A stretch of 64,000 bases of DNA from Lama guanicoe (Eukaryota), in the NCBI GenBank assembly GCA_013239625.1, contig MU053216.1:560001-624000 (forward strand), given 5' to 3'. Shown piece after piece: positions 1 through 13,507 of the stretch. Position 1 is the first letter of the stretch; the number at the start of each line of letters is the position of its first letter. The position numbers and the translations under genes are program-made. The notes beneath the pieces are model-generated. The model was not told where the DNA came from and ran no database searches. It saw nothing but the letters and a program-made list of their open reading frames with translations.

Positions 1-128
1 AGGAGGATGCGGGCACAGCAGAGTCGCCCTGTGAAACCGCAGAGTCAGAGTCTGCGACGACTCCCACCCCCGCCGCTGTCTGCCCTGCTACTGAAGCCTT
101 GGCCTCTTCATCCGTGAACCAGTCCGCC

Positions 129-231
129 GTGCTGGGTGCTGGGCCCCCCTAGATCTCAGCTCCGTGGTGCTGGGGCCCCCTAGATCTCAGCTCCACTGTG
201 CTGGGTGCTGGGGCCCCTCAGGTCTCAGCCC
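129..231. repeat. Short minisatellite, ~3 imperfect copies of (g)tgctgggtgctgg(g)cccccctagatctcagctcc
   Basis: Direct inspection. Confidence 0.8.
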
Positions 232-2620
232 CATGAAGAGCAGCTGCAGGGGGGCAGCTGCTGCCCCCAAAACTCATCTCTTCCCCCTGCCTTGTCTGTT
301 TGAGTCATCAGCCTGGGACCAAGGAGAGGTCACTCCTGAAGCCCGAATGCCCACAACCCTGGCCTCAGCCAGCTGGGCCCAGTTCCCAGCCCCTCCTGCA
401 GCCACCTCCCTGCCTCCCAACTCCCGCCCTCCACCAGGGCAGCCGCCTGCCTCCACTGGCTGGCCCGAGCAGGATCAGGCTGGGAACATCTCCAGCCCCT
501 GACAGGCCAGGTGTCAGTTTCAGGCCCTTCTTGGGGGAGAGGAGGCCAGGGACGGGGCTGCCAAAGTCAACATAGCCATGTCCACGGGAAGGCCTGGTTC
601 CAGGCCCACATGCCTGGGTCTCATCTCAGCCAGAGCTTGTTGTCCCCGCCCCCATCCTGTCTCCATCATGAGGCTGGGCCGTTGCCTGTCAGAGCCACTT
701 CCCCCCCAAAGCATACCAGCCCCTAGAGGACTGAGATCCTAAACCTACCCCCAGGACAGAAGCCACCTGCCACCCGAGTACAGTCCTGGGGTCTGTCTTC
801 CACCGCCCCGTCAGCGCGACTCCCCACTCTGGGTAGAATTCCTGACTGCACCAGGGGGACTTCAGCTTTGCTCCCTGAAATTCTTTGCCTCCTTGCTTTA
901 GAAATGCCTGTCTTGCTATTCCCACCAATCTCCGTCAGGTGTGATCCTTACGCAGATCTAGCCAAGGCCCCTTATCCTGAAAGGCCCGTCTTAAACCAGA
1001 CTTCCAGCCACCACACGTTCCGACTTTGCGCTGCCCCCACCCCCGTCGAGGGGGTCGTTCGCTGTTTCTCGTCAGGGTGAGCAGTGAACTCTCACCAGCG
1101 GGCTGTGCTGGCCATGTTTGGGGAGTGGGCATTCCACACTCTGCTTATCTTCCCCTGAAATGAGTCATATTCTGGTCTCTGCAGGTACAGCCCCTTCATA
1201 AAGGTCCAAGCTTGGCCCCCAGCCCCCTGAGCAGTAGTCTCCTGAATTCCTCAGGCCAAGCCCAGCTCCTGGCCCTACAGCTGCCCGGGACTGGGAGGCC
1301 AGCCTAGGGCCAGGGCCCACCCGGTCGGTACCTCTCTCCTTGTGACAGAGGGATGGCAGGGAGGGAGGGGCTGGATTTAACTAACAAACATGAGGGTGCA
1401 GTGGGGTTGGGCAGAGCTGGACAGATGTCTTGCAAAATCAGCAGGAGATCCAAGCTCAGGCCCCGGAGTAGCCAGGAGGGCAGGTGGTGACGGCAGCAGG
1501 CTCTGCTGAAGAGTTACGAGCCCCCTTTTCCTTCCTGCTTCCAAGGTTCCCCAAGCTCTCCTAACCCCAGAAGCTCTGCACCCCATCCTGCACTCCCTAC
1601 CCCGGTACATGTTTGCTCAGGTGTGGGAACCTGGCAACAAGGGGCCTGCCCTTCCCCCCAGCGGAGGGCAGCTCAGAGCCCTCAAGCCAGCCTCCCAGGG
1701 ACAGACTGTGAATCTGAGCCCCTCCTGCCTGTCTGGGCCGGGGCAGGCCCGGGGGTGGGGGCGGCGGACGCACTCATGCCCTTTGCCCGGCAGGGGCAGG
1801 CTGGGTGGGAGCCACGCCCAGCGCTGCCCTGCCCAGCCCCCCTCCCCACACGGGGCATCCTGCCTCTCCCCCAGCTTGGGTCCCAGGCTGCACAAAGAGA
1901 CCTTTGTCTGGGCTGCAAACAATTGTTCTCCCCTTTATGGAAACATGGGCTGTGTCTTATAATCAAGCTTTCAGAGGCTGATCAAAGTGCACGGGGAGTG
2001 GGCAGGGGGAACGGGGAGCTGTCCTCCCCCCACCATAGCCTGTCATCGCCACTAATCCTCACCTCCCCGAGCACAGTCAGGGCACCCTTTCCTCCCTGTG
2101 CAGGGCCTATGTGAGCCTTGGAGCCACTGGGAGCTGGGGAAACCAGAGCTGGGTGGGTCCCCCTCCTGGCACCGCTGCTCAGGTTACAGCGCTGCTGGGG
2201 TGTGAACGTGCAGAGAGGCACTGCCTGGTGAGAAAGGGTGGGACCTACCCTGGCCCAGGGCCACCCCCCAAACCCCCTCCCCCCAGATCCTCAGACTCTC
2301 AGGGGCCTCCTCTCCCCATTTGCTTGGGCTCATGGTGAGTGCCTGCCCAGAAAAAAGGGCCGGCCCATTCTGCCCATGCTCCGCAGCCAGTTGGCGGTCC
2401 CCACCACCCACCCCGCCGCCCCTCAGTTCCCATCCCTGCCCCATCTCCCCCTGCTTCTCCACTTGGGAACCCCCCGGCCAGGGCCCTGCGTGTCCAGGGC
2501 GCAGGCTGAGGACACACACGCTCCAGACCACAGGCTCCTCCTTCACCTCCAACAGTAGAGCCCACAGGGCTTCTGAGAAGGCAAGTCCTGGATCACGTGG
2601 AGACTGAGATCATCCCTTCC

Positions 2621-2760
2621 GGGGAGGGTACAGCGCTCAGGGGCAGAGCTCGTGCTCAGGGCACACGAGGCCCTGGGTTCAGTCAGTACTTCCTGTATAA
2701 ATAAATGAATCAATAAACCTGATTACCAAATCCCCCCCGCCAAAAAATTTAAAACAAAAT
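2621..2760 (+). mobile_element. tRNA-Ala-derived SINE (camelid Vic-1-like), diverged
   Basis: ggggagggtacagcgctcag...ccctgggttca followed by an A-rich tail. Confidence 0.8.
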
Positions 2761-5700
2761 GAAAAGACCAGTCCTTCCCCTGAAGTTGGAGCCTCCCTGG
2801 GCCCTGAACCTTCAGGTCACAGAAAGTCACGCATCGGAAGAAGCCTTAGGACAGACCTGGGGCCTGCGGCCCCGCCCCTTCTGCCACCCCCCACCCTGCG
2901 AGGCTCTGTGGGCCTGCCTGCTTGCTGCTCTAGGGGGACCCACAGATGCCCTCGGTATCTCAGGAGAGCGTGAGAACCACTAACCCAGCCCTGTCCACAT
3001 CATTTTACAGGTGGGAAACAGCCTCAGAGAGGAGAAATCACCCTGCAAGCTCACGGCACAGCTGAGGCCCCAGGTCAGGGCTCCTGGCTCGTGGCCACAG
3101 ACGCAGGTCCCTGCTCCTCTGTCTCCCCGCCAGCAGCCACCACGGGTGCTTATGACCTTTTGAGAGGTCAAGGTCAATTCAAGTGTCCGGGAGGCCCAGT
3201 CCCTCCCCTGAGGAAGCTTACATCCCACAAGACAGACAGATAAAGGTGACAGATGTGACATGCAGACACGTTGTTCAGCGCAGAGCGCCGAGACTGCACC
3301 AAAACTCACGCCCGCAGGAGACACTAAAACTGGTGCGGGGGCCGCGGCCGGGGGGCCAGCTGGGGCAGGGACTCCATGCCTCAGCCCCTGCAAGGGGTGG
3401 CCAGGCACACAGGGCTCCCGGCTGAGGATGTGAGGAGCCCACATGGGGGCAGGGACAGCGGGACCCTCGTGAGCTGAGACCTGACCGGGCCCTGGTGTCT
3501 GGCCGGGGCTCCGCAGAGAGGACCTGCCCCCGAGACAGCCAGCGTCCTGTGCCGGGGGTGGGCACCCGGCCCCGCACGGCCCAGCCCGCTGGCTCGAAGC
3601 TGGGTGGTCCCCTTCCTCACTCTCCGGCGCACCGTCTCCCCGCCGTCCTCATGGGAGCCCCACTTTCCTGGCTGCAGGCCCCACAGACTGCCCTGGAGCA
3701 TCTCCCCCACAGTGGTCCCTCCCAAGGCCAGGCCCTCAGATCTCCGCTCAAACCTTCTGTGACCTTGACCAGAGGTCTTGGTGGTCGTGGTAGAACCACC
3801 CGCACCCCTGTGGCGTCTCACCCCTTCCTCTGCTGCACTTTTCTTCGGGGAACATGTCGGCCCAGGCATAATTATTTGCCCACTTGTTCATTGTCCCTCC
3901 TGATGGGTCTCCTGGGACTTCCATCAGTTCTGTTCCGTTCACAGCTGCGCCCCCAGCTCCCATGACAGCTCACAGGGGACTCGGCAAACCCTCAGTGATT
4001 GCTATTCAGGATGCAGGCAAGGGGCACTGGGCGAGCCCCACAGGGAGGCGGGAGGCGATGGGGCTGGCCCTCTGAGCCCCTGGTCTGCAGGCAGCAGGCT
4101 GGGGGATAGGGCTGCGGGCGGGGCTCCCAGGCTCCAAGGACAGGCCCATGCCCGGGGCCAGAGGTGTGGGTGGAGGGACGGGAGCCGTTGAGGGGGGTTT
4201 TCAAAACTCCTCAGAAGGAGCCCGGGCCCTGGGTGAGGGCAGCCTGTGGTTCAGTGAAGACAACACCCCCGCCTCCGGGAAGGCCAGAGTCCCAGGAGTC
4301 TCCTGGGTTCTCTTTCCCCGAGTCCCCATACCCGGGCAGCTTCGGAGCGCTAAGCCTTCCCAGCCCTGCGTGAACGCTGTCCCCACAAACCCTTATCTTC
4401 GTCCAGCGCTCCCTGCAGGCCAGGGATGTTTCCAGAGGCCCAGGGAGGCTGCTTCTGCCACAGTCCCTCAGCCCCACCCCTCCAAGCCCTTCCGTCTGGT
4501 CTCAGGCCAATGTCACCTCCTCCCACGTCTTTCCTGACCATCCCGTCACCTCTGGGTGTCCACGGAATTCCCCGCAGGCTCCAGGCCCCTGCGCTGACTT
4601 TCTGGTTTTATATCTACTCCCGCACTGGAACAGAAGCCCACACAGGCGGCGACCAGGCTGGCCCAGTTCCCGCTGCATCTGCCCCGGAGCAGCATCTGGG
4701 AAAACAGAGGCCCAGAGGCTGAGGGTCCCCCTCAGACGGTGAGAGGCAGGGCCATCCGTGCACCCAACCGCACAGCAGACGAAACGATTTTTCAAAATGT
4801 ACATCAGATCCCTTCGGACTCAGTTTCCCTGACTTCCCATTCTGCATGTAATTCTCCCAAACCTCCCTCCTGGGCCCCTCCAGCTTCCTCCGGAAGCCTC
4901 TCCCCCACCACCATTGTCCACTCCCTGCTTCTCTTTGTCCCCTCGTCAGACCACACTTGCTCTTACCCCAGGGGCCTTGCACAAACTCTCTCCTCTCCAG
5001 AAAGCCCTGCCCTTCGCTCTTTCTGATCCTCCAAGGCTCCGCAGAAAGGCGACTCTAGCGCAAAATCTAAAGCCCCCAGTCACCTTCCCTGGTCACCTCC
5101 TCCTCCCACCACCTCCTCCTGCGCGCACGCCCCTCCCTGTAACTACCGGGTTATGGTTTGCCCCCAAGACCCAGGGCACAAGTCCTGTGAGGGCAGAGAC
5201 CTGCCGGTGGCTTCCCCACTGTATCTCCGGCCCAGCCCGGTGCTGGCACAGAGCAGGCACTCGCAAGCTGTGTGGAAGGAATGCACTGGGGAAGGAGGCC
5301 CAGTGCGCAGCAAAGAGACGAGGCTGGAAAGGCAACCCTGGCTGCCAGAGCCGCCCTGCAGGCCCGGGCAGAGGCCCGAGGGCCCGGATGCCAACCGGAC
5401 CGTTGCACGGGCCCCAGTGTGCCGGGGAATCTGACTCGAGGGCAGAGTGCTGGTGGTGGACGCTGGCAGTGGGCGACCTGGCAAGACTGGTGAGCTCGGC
5501 CCCTGCATCTCACAGCCTCATCGACTTTCTCTGAAGCTGTTATCTCTCTGGACTTCAAACAGCTGCCTCTTATCTGGGCCCAGCCCAGGCTCTTATCAGG
5601 TTCCAGAGTAACAGCTTTCCAGGCTGCAGGGAGCCCTTGCCCATCCTGGCCAGGCCTGGGGAAGCCAGCATGAGTCTGCCCTCCCCTCACTCGCCAAGGC

Positions 5701-8700
5701 CCCAGGGCCCCAGGTCACAGTCTAGGGGAGGCGGCAGACAGGTGGGATCTCCGCAGAGCCGTCGCAGGTGGTGTCAGAGCCGAGAAATTTCGCCCAGGGC
5801 CCAGCTTGTCTCACTGTCTGTCCAGGGACGGGCCGGCCTTCTCTTGCAACAGAGTCACGGGCTCAGGTCTTACAGTGGGGCCCCGGGACCCCAAACAGGC
5901 CTCTTTTGAGAACACCCAGGCTACCACAGCCTTCGGTGTGGGAAGACAAGTGTGACTGCGAGAAGGAGGCCAAGGTGCCTTGGTCTGCCTGGCCCCGAGG
6001 AACCCCCCTCACCTGCCCGGGACCAGATCACCTCCAGGATTTTGGCCAAATGGACAGAGGAGACTGGGTCACTCTGCAGTGCAGAGCCGGCCCTGGGATT
6101 TGGCCTCCTCACTCTCCCCAGCAGAATGTAGACTCCGGCGAATCTCACACAAAGTCCAAGAGGCCAAGGCTGGCACATGCCTCACCTTGGTTCACACCAG
6201 TGGTGCCCAGGCCCAGCTCCACTGAGACAGGACAGCCGGGGCCTGACTCCCCCTACGCCCCGGGGCAGGGCAGGACAGCGAACAGGCAGGGAACAGGCGG
6301 GGAACAGCACCTTGTGGCCTGAAGGGCTGGGGCCGCCGCCCTCCCTGGCCGCCCTCCCTCCACGGACGGAGGAATGTGTACACGGCACTCTGACATCCCT
6401 GAGAGCTGACGGGACCCCTGCTTCCTGACACCGTCCCACGGCGAAGCGGGGGCTGACCGTGGGGCAAGAAGCACGTGGGGAAGTAAATTCAGACCTCTTG
6501 TCTGTGCCCAAGTGGCTGGAGCAGGAACAAGGCTCCCAGTGAGGCCGGAGAGGCGGACAAGCGTCAGACCCCACGTGGCCTTCTGAGCTGCGTTCCAGCT
6601 CGGACTTGACTGGGGACAAGGGAGAGCTGTCGGAGATCCGAGTAGGATGGGCAGCCTGAGAGGTGCTCCGGCTGCGAGAAGCAGGACACAGACCTGCAGG
6701 AAAAACAGGGCAGGAGCGCGGGACAGACCAGCTCCTGGAGGGACCCAAAGAGCACACGTATTTCTCAGTGGGAAGGGGCTGGAAGCCACACTCCAGCAAG
6801 CGGGGGGCCCATGGGTTCTGAACTGTTTTTGGAAAGGGGATCTTCAGGGTCCCAAAGGCTGAGGAGGCCTCGAGCTGTGGGGTGAAGTGCAAACCTTGGG
6901 ACACTGCAGTTTCAGTCCACGCCACCGTGACAAGGAGGGTGTTACGATAAGGTGCGGCCCGCGAAGGCTGGCCTCCCCGCGCAGAGAAGGGCTCGCAGAG
7001 CCTCTGGGCTGTGACGCGTGTGTTGCCTCTTAAAAACGACGGCTCACCTTGATTTCAAAAGCACTTTATTCCTAGAAAATGCTCACCGTCATCGGACAAC
7101 GCAGGGCTGCCACGGACCTTCTCCTTGGAAAGAACGCAGTGTCTGCGTAGCACAGGGCCCGAGGGCACCCGTGTGCGGCCTGGAGGGGTCAGGGGGCAGG
7201 CCGGGTGCCCCACTCCCGCCTCCCTCTGGTCTTCAGGCGCCCCGCCTCGGCACACGCACACCATCAGCTGCCGGGGAGCCCTGCCCCCCGCCCCGTCTGG
7301 CTCCACCCCAGGCAGGCTGGGCGCATGCAAATGCTCAGTGGAGTGTTTGTTTTACACGAGGCAGTCGCGCCCTCTCACCTGCCCTGTCAGGTGTCACCTC
7401 TCCCCTAGCGCCCGGCCTGTGCTCCAAATGCCCTGTTTACCTGATCTCTGTGCCCGGGCTGTGCCCCGCGAGGGCTGCCAGTGGCCTCTGACACTGCAGT
7501 GAGTCCTCAGTTGACGCTGTCGGGTGGACGAGTGACACTCTGTGCCCTCCCCGTTCCTCCACGCAGCCAGAGTGTGTTTCTGCTCCCTTCCCAGCCCTGC
7601 CACCCTCTCTGTTCCAGGGTCACTCCAGTGCCTGCAGGCAAATCCAGGTCCAAACTCTCCGCACATCGCCCGGTGGCCTGCGTCACTCTTCAGCCTCCAC
7701 TGCCACTCAGGACAGTGGGGGAGGAACGGTCCAGACCCTGCCAGGGAGAGGGAGAGGACAAGCAGTCTCAGGGCGGGCGTCCAGCAAGCGTCAGAGAAGC
7801 GGCTCCTGGGCTCCTGTGGCCTCAGCCGCAGGGTTCCCACTCCCCGGATCCTAACGCCAGCCCTCCAGCACCTCCAAGGCGTAGCTCTTGGGGGATGAGA
7901 TACCCCTGGTACGTCGAAGAACAAGAAAAATCTAATGTGAACGTAACACTTTTTAAATTGAGAAAACCAAGGGATGAGGAAAGCAAAAGAGCCAGAAGGC
8001 TGGCCAGGGTGGTGACCGTGCCGGGAGGGCCCCAGAGGCCAAATGGGAGTGCCCGTGTGCATTGGTGTGGCAGGGCCAACCGTCCAGGGCCAGCCACCTG
8101 CGGCCCAGCGCCCAGCAGCCTGGCTCAGGGAGGCTCATCCGGCCCCGGCTGGATGGGGCCTCTGCCCACCCTCCTTGCTGGGCCCCCCCAGACCTGCCTG
8201 GGCTTTCTGGAGTGTTCTCCAGCTGGGGCGGGTGAAGGGAAGACTGTTGCCAGGAACTCAGACAGACCACCCGGCCAGTCAGGGCGTCCCTGTGTCTCGT
8301 AACTCTTTGCATGTAGGTGGGGGTAGCTGTATCTGTCCCAGCCAATTTCAGGGATCACACGTGAGCATGTCATGGTGACCATGTAATGTGTTACACGTAC
8401 TGCGATACACCTGACAGTGAAGGGGCCACTGCTAACAAAGACACTGGAGCAACAGGCACAGACAGGGCGGTCCCTGGGCACTGGTGACAGCTACGCTGGC
8501 TGGCGGCTGCCGGCCCCGCCTCCGGGCGGCGCGGTTCTCGGTGCTTTATCCCGTTTGCCCCTTGTGGTGGAAAGACCTATTTTGCAAGTGGATGTCCACC
8601 AGTTTATAGGGGACTGAGTCAAGAGAGTCAGCAGCTAAGTGACAAGGCTTGAGTTGCCAGATGGTAACGATGGACCAGAAACTGAACGCAGTGCCTGGGT

Positions 8701-9264
8701 GACACTGCCATGTCGGCCTTGGTGACAGCTGCCACTCTTCCTGCCTTTCTCAGCCGTCCCACACCGACTCCCGGTCACTGTGCCTTCGCACCACCTGAGT
8801 CACCACCAGTGAAGCGCTCCTTGTGCTGCCGGGTCTGTGCTCTGCCCCCGCAAGTGGTGGGGTCCTCACTGCCGGCTGGGCAGGGAGCCCTCCAGCTCCA
8901 GACCCACCTCGTCGTCTGCTTCTCGAGAGTCTCCAGGCAGCTTCTCTGAGGCTGAGCGGGGTCTGAGAAACTTACCAGGGACCCACACTTGCAGAAGAAA
9001 GGGGAGGACACAGGATGGGGCAAGAGGCTGGATGCAGGGCAGGCCTGGGGAAGCCAGGCCACCAGCGCGCAGCTCTGCAGGGAGAGCTGCTGTCAGAGTT
9101 GTCCTCTTGGGGCCCAGATGCCCAGGGTCTGTACCCCAGCTACCCTGGGAAGGGTGTGACCTGGGCCCTCTGACCCCTGGGAGAAGCCTGGCGACCTCAC
9201 TCCCCACGTCCAGAAAGCTGGTTCTTCCTGAAGGGCGGTCAGGCTACCAAGGAGCAGTTTAACA

Positions 9265-9370
9265 GTCATTCATTCAACAAACATTATGCACGAAGCACTG
9301 TTCCAGGCGCTGCAGATGGAGACAAAGCCTCTCTCTCTCTGTCTGAGTTGAGTCTGTGGCCGAACAGACT
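9265..9370 (-). mobile_element. L2 3' end relic
   Basis: cattcattcaacaaacatt...gcactgttccaggcgctg. Confidence 0.6.
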
Positions 9371-9467
9371 GTCAGCTTGGGGCAAGGCTCTCCTACTCCG
9401 AGGAGGAGTAAGAGCCGACGGTCCGCACGTCTTGGCCTCAACAGTCACCTTCTCAGACAGCTCTGCT

Positions 9468-10205
9468 GAGACGTAACTCACCCCACGCCGCTCACCTAAG
9501 TGCACAGTTCAGGGGCTTTTCACTTACTCACAGAGTCAGGCAACCAACACCACAGTCCATTCTGGAACATTTCCATCACCCCAAAAAGAAACACTTCAGA
9601 ACATTCTCATCACGCAGAAAGAAACCCACACAAACCCACTTTGTCACTGCACTCCTCCCCAACCGCCCACCCCCAGGCCTGGGCAGCCACTGCTCCTGGA
9701 GCGGCCTGCTCCGGACAGCTCGCGTCACTGGAACCCTACGCTCTGCGGTCTTTGGGACCGGCCTCTCTCCCCCGAGGCTCCTCCCAGCCGAGTGTGGATG
9801 AGAGCGCCATTCTCGGGGCTGAACGGCCCTCTGCTGCGTGGACTGACCGTGTCTGGTCATCCGTCTGCTGCTGGAAGGACGCTTCCCCACTGTGAGTGGT
9901 GCTGCTAGAGCGCTCGTGGACGAGGTTCTGTGCGGATGCGGGTTTTCGGTCCTCTGGAGCTGCCGGCTCAGGTGACAAGATCATGTGTGTCGCTTTGAGG
10001 ACCTGCTGGACTCTTCTTCAAAGCGACTGCACCCTCGCACAGACCCTCCAGCATTGCGCAAGGGCTCCGGTTTCTCTGCATCCTGGCCAACACTTGTCTG
10101 TCTTTTTGATCATAGCCGTCCTAGTGGGCGTAAAGTTGTGGTTTTGATTTGTATTTCCCTGATGGCTAGTGAGGCCAGCATCTTTTTACGTGCTTGTTGA
10201 CAGCT
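9468..10205 (-). mobile_element. Old L1M 3' region (antisense)
   Basis: aagtgcacagttca...gaacatttccatcaccccaaaaagaaac...tgtggttttgatttgtatttccctgatggctagtga. Confidence 0.8.
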
Positions 10206-11629
10206 TTCATAATTTTATCTCGGAATTAAAATGACCAGTGGCGGGGTGGGGGGAGTTCCGCGCCTGCGTGAGCCATAGAACTCTTTTCTCCAGATGAGAG
10301 TTTCCAGGAAAGTCTAATACACAAGACAGAGACCAGAGTTGAGGGCAGGGTGGTGACGGGGAAGAAGGGATCGGGCTCGCCTGGTGTCTCCCCAGTTCCG
10401 CCCCCGGAGAGGGCCAGCCCTGGAACTACCAGAACATTGTCAAGCGTAGTCTGAAAGTCACCGATTAGGGCAACTTCCCCAGTAACTGATAAGACAGGGC
10501 AGGAAATAACAGGGACTGACCCACGACCTAATGGGCAGGACTGAGGGGTCATATCTTCTGACCCAAACGTTGCTGAATATCTGACAACAGGGTGTCTTCT
10601 GAAAACCCTGTCCTGATTGAACACATATGAATCCAGCGCCTTTCCTATGCCAGACTCTCCAGGTTCCGGGGCTGAATGCCGGACGAGGCCCCAGGCTCGC
10701 AGGGTTTACATTTCTGCGGTTGGAGGCAGATGACGAGCAAAACAGGAACAACATCAGACAGCAACTGGGCTCCGCAGCGGCTGTGATCCCTGCAAGGGAC
10801 CGGGGGTGACTTCAGGTGAGGAGGTCGGGGCCCCCGAGAAGGTGGCACCTGACCCGGGAGCAGAAGGACTGGGAGGCAGAGGGAACGGGCGATGGGACGC
10901 TGGACCCGCCGTGACCTGTCCAAGGAGCCCCAGGAAGACTGGAGGTGGTTACCTCCGCAGACAAAAGGGTTCGGATTTTAATTGTAATGGGGTGTTAACC
11001 AGAAAGCGATGTCATTGGCTTGTCTTCTTTTTTTGGAGCAAACTTTGCCTAGGAGTAGAGCTGAGAAGAAGTCTAACTTTCTAGAGCTGCCATGGACCCA
11101 GATCCAGTGTCGTCCCTCATTGTCAACATCGTACATCACACTGGTATACTTGTCGCAGGGAATGAACCAGTCCAGCTACAGTGCAACTGACTGAAGTCCA
11201 CACTGCTCGCAGATTTCCTTAGCTTTGCCCTAACGTCCGGCTCTGCTCTGAGGCCTGTCCAGGGGCCACACTGAACTCGGTCTTCTCGTAGCTGTGGCCG
11301 TCGCTCAGGCTGTCCTTGCTTCAATGCCCTCGATCTTTTGAGGACTCCTGGTTAGACAGTTTGGAAAACGCCACTCGGCTGGGAATTGTCCGCTGTCTCT
11401 CGTGGTTAGAAATGGGAGGCAGGGCCGAGTGTGAGGACCGTCCGGCAGGACAAGCATTTATTTACTTTAGGACAGACATGCAGATACTCGCTTTATACTC
11501 TGGGCTATGCTCTAATCCTACTTTATGCATTTTGTTGTCCAAACGGTCCCCGTGTTGGCCATTGGGAGTTCCCCCAGCTGGCTCCAGTGTCCCTCGGACA
11601 CACTGACTCCTAGGACAGCAGTGGGAAAG

Positions 11630-11852
11630 GCCAGAAGCAGCCCGACTGACAAGAACAGAATGTGGGTAGGCACGTCTTCCAGCCCCATCAAGCCTCCAGC
11701 CAGCATCTAGACTGAAGCCTCACGAGAGACCCCATCCCAGGATCCCAAGCCGAGCCCCTGAGTTCCCGACCTGAGAAGCAGTGAGAACAATAAGGGTTTG
11801 TTGTTCTTCTAAATCTCCAAGTTTTGGAGTGATTTGTTATCTTGCAATAAAA
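11630..11852 (+). mobile_element. MaLR (MLT1-like) LTR fragment
   Basis: gactgaagcctcacgagagacc...gtgagaacaataagggtttgttgttctt...aagttttggagtgatttgttat. Confidence 0.7.
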
Positions 11853-13507
11853 AAAGAAATGCACAAGAGGAGGCTGTCATGGAAAAAAGAACATTTATAG
11901 GGCATGAAAGAGCTCGTGGAAATCATACACATAAAAGCAGAAATAATAAACTCAATAGACAGAAAATAAAGTTGAGAGAATCTTCCAGAAAGGAGAGCTA
12001 GGAGAAATGAGACAGGAGAGAAAAGATAAGGAAATCAGCACGCTAGTCCTGGGAGTCAAACTCCTGAAAACCCAAGCAGGGGCTCCTGGAAGAGACACGA
12101 GGGGAGACAGCCCGAGAAGCCCTCCCAAACCTGAGCTGAATTGTCCTCCGGCTCCGCGTTCAAAGGGCACCGCAAGCGCCCAGGACAATTGCGAAGACAG
12201 AAATACAAGAAGGCCTGACATGGGCAACTTTCAGAACTCGGGGAGAAGGAGGTCCCAGCAGACCCTGCTGCGTACAGAGAGGGCGCACGTGTCCGGGGAC
12301 CAGGGCTTCAGACCCTCACTGTGGGGGCACCTCTCCCGGAGCTTTCTGAGAAGGGAAAGGTGGAACCTTTCTGAGACGATCAAAAACTGAGAATGTGCGT
12401 TTCACGCTCACACCTGATGAGGCACTTGGCTGGGTATAGAATTCTAAGGGGGAAATATTTTTCTTTCAGAAGAGCCTTCTTAAAACATTGTGGCTAGTCT
12501 GTGGAGAATGTCTGCAGGGGGTCACGGGGGGCCAGCGGCACCAGCGGAAGGGCCGACGCAGTGAGTAGAGCTGAGGTCGGAGAGCAGAGCGGCTTGGTGG
12601 GGTGGGGAGAGAATGGGGATTACACAAAGGGAAGGGGTGTCCTCACCAATGTGGACGAGCTCGCGGGAGGGCAGAGGGGCCGCAGGGACCGGGGTAACTC
12701 AGGGTGGCCGTGGGCTCGGCCACAGTAGACCTGGCCCATGTTGGCAGCTGGCAGTGAGACTGATTTGTTCCAAGACTCTTTTTGCCCCCTTGATTTCAAC
12801 CTTTGCCGCACCCCGTGCTCCCTCCCCAGGAAATCACCCCTCCTCTGGTTGGAATTCTTCTACTAAGACAACATCTGCCTTCAAGCAACCTGCTCGTTGA
12901 TCCTTGGCTTGTCTTTGGCCAACAACAGGGCAGAGTGCCCCCTTCCTGAGTCCTCGCCTCACTGCGAGCATTTGAAGCTCTTTTCCTGATGACCCAAAGC
13001 AAGAACAAGTCCACAGGCCACCCGTGAGAGGGTCAGTTCTGCAAAGGATCCCAAAGACTGGGTCCCGATTCAGGTGCTCCTCCACCTTAGACACCTTCCC
13101 AGAGTCCTGCAGACAAGCCACCATCAGAAAGCCTTGCAGATCTTTCTTCTCCGCTCTTGCGCCCCCTCATCCAGCAGGCCCAGATGCTTCCCTCTTTGAA
13201 TTCCTCATAGTTCTACTCACTCATTCCTTTACTTGTTTATCTTTAAAAGTGAATGTTTGTTGAGCAACCGCCATCTCCCAGACCCTGAGATGCATCAGAG
13301 CCACGAACACAAAACCTCTCCAGTGGTACGTCTCAGACCCTGTCGTGTCAGTCAATTATGCATTTATTTATTCAGTCAACAAACTTGGACTGAGCACTTA
13401 CTAGTGCCGGACCCTGTACTCAGTGCTCCATATACAATCTCTGAGTACTTTTGGTAGAGGAGACAGACACATCAACCAATGATGATGCGTCTGAGTGGTA
13501 AGGGCTC

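Noticed and set aside
129..231. Short direct repeats superficially like a CRISPR array
   Set aside because: There are no unique spacers and the context is eukaryotic. It is a minisatellite.
7481..8302. 273-aa plus-strand ORF, and the many other 60-260 aa ORFs in 1-34 kb
   Set aside because: No recognisable domains and no splice-supported structure. Such ORFs are expected by chance at this GC content.
10281..10460. Plus-strand acceptor-like site (cttttctccag) followed by a short open frame
   Set aside because: It is isolated, has no matching donor or partner exons, and encodes no recognisable peptide.
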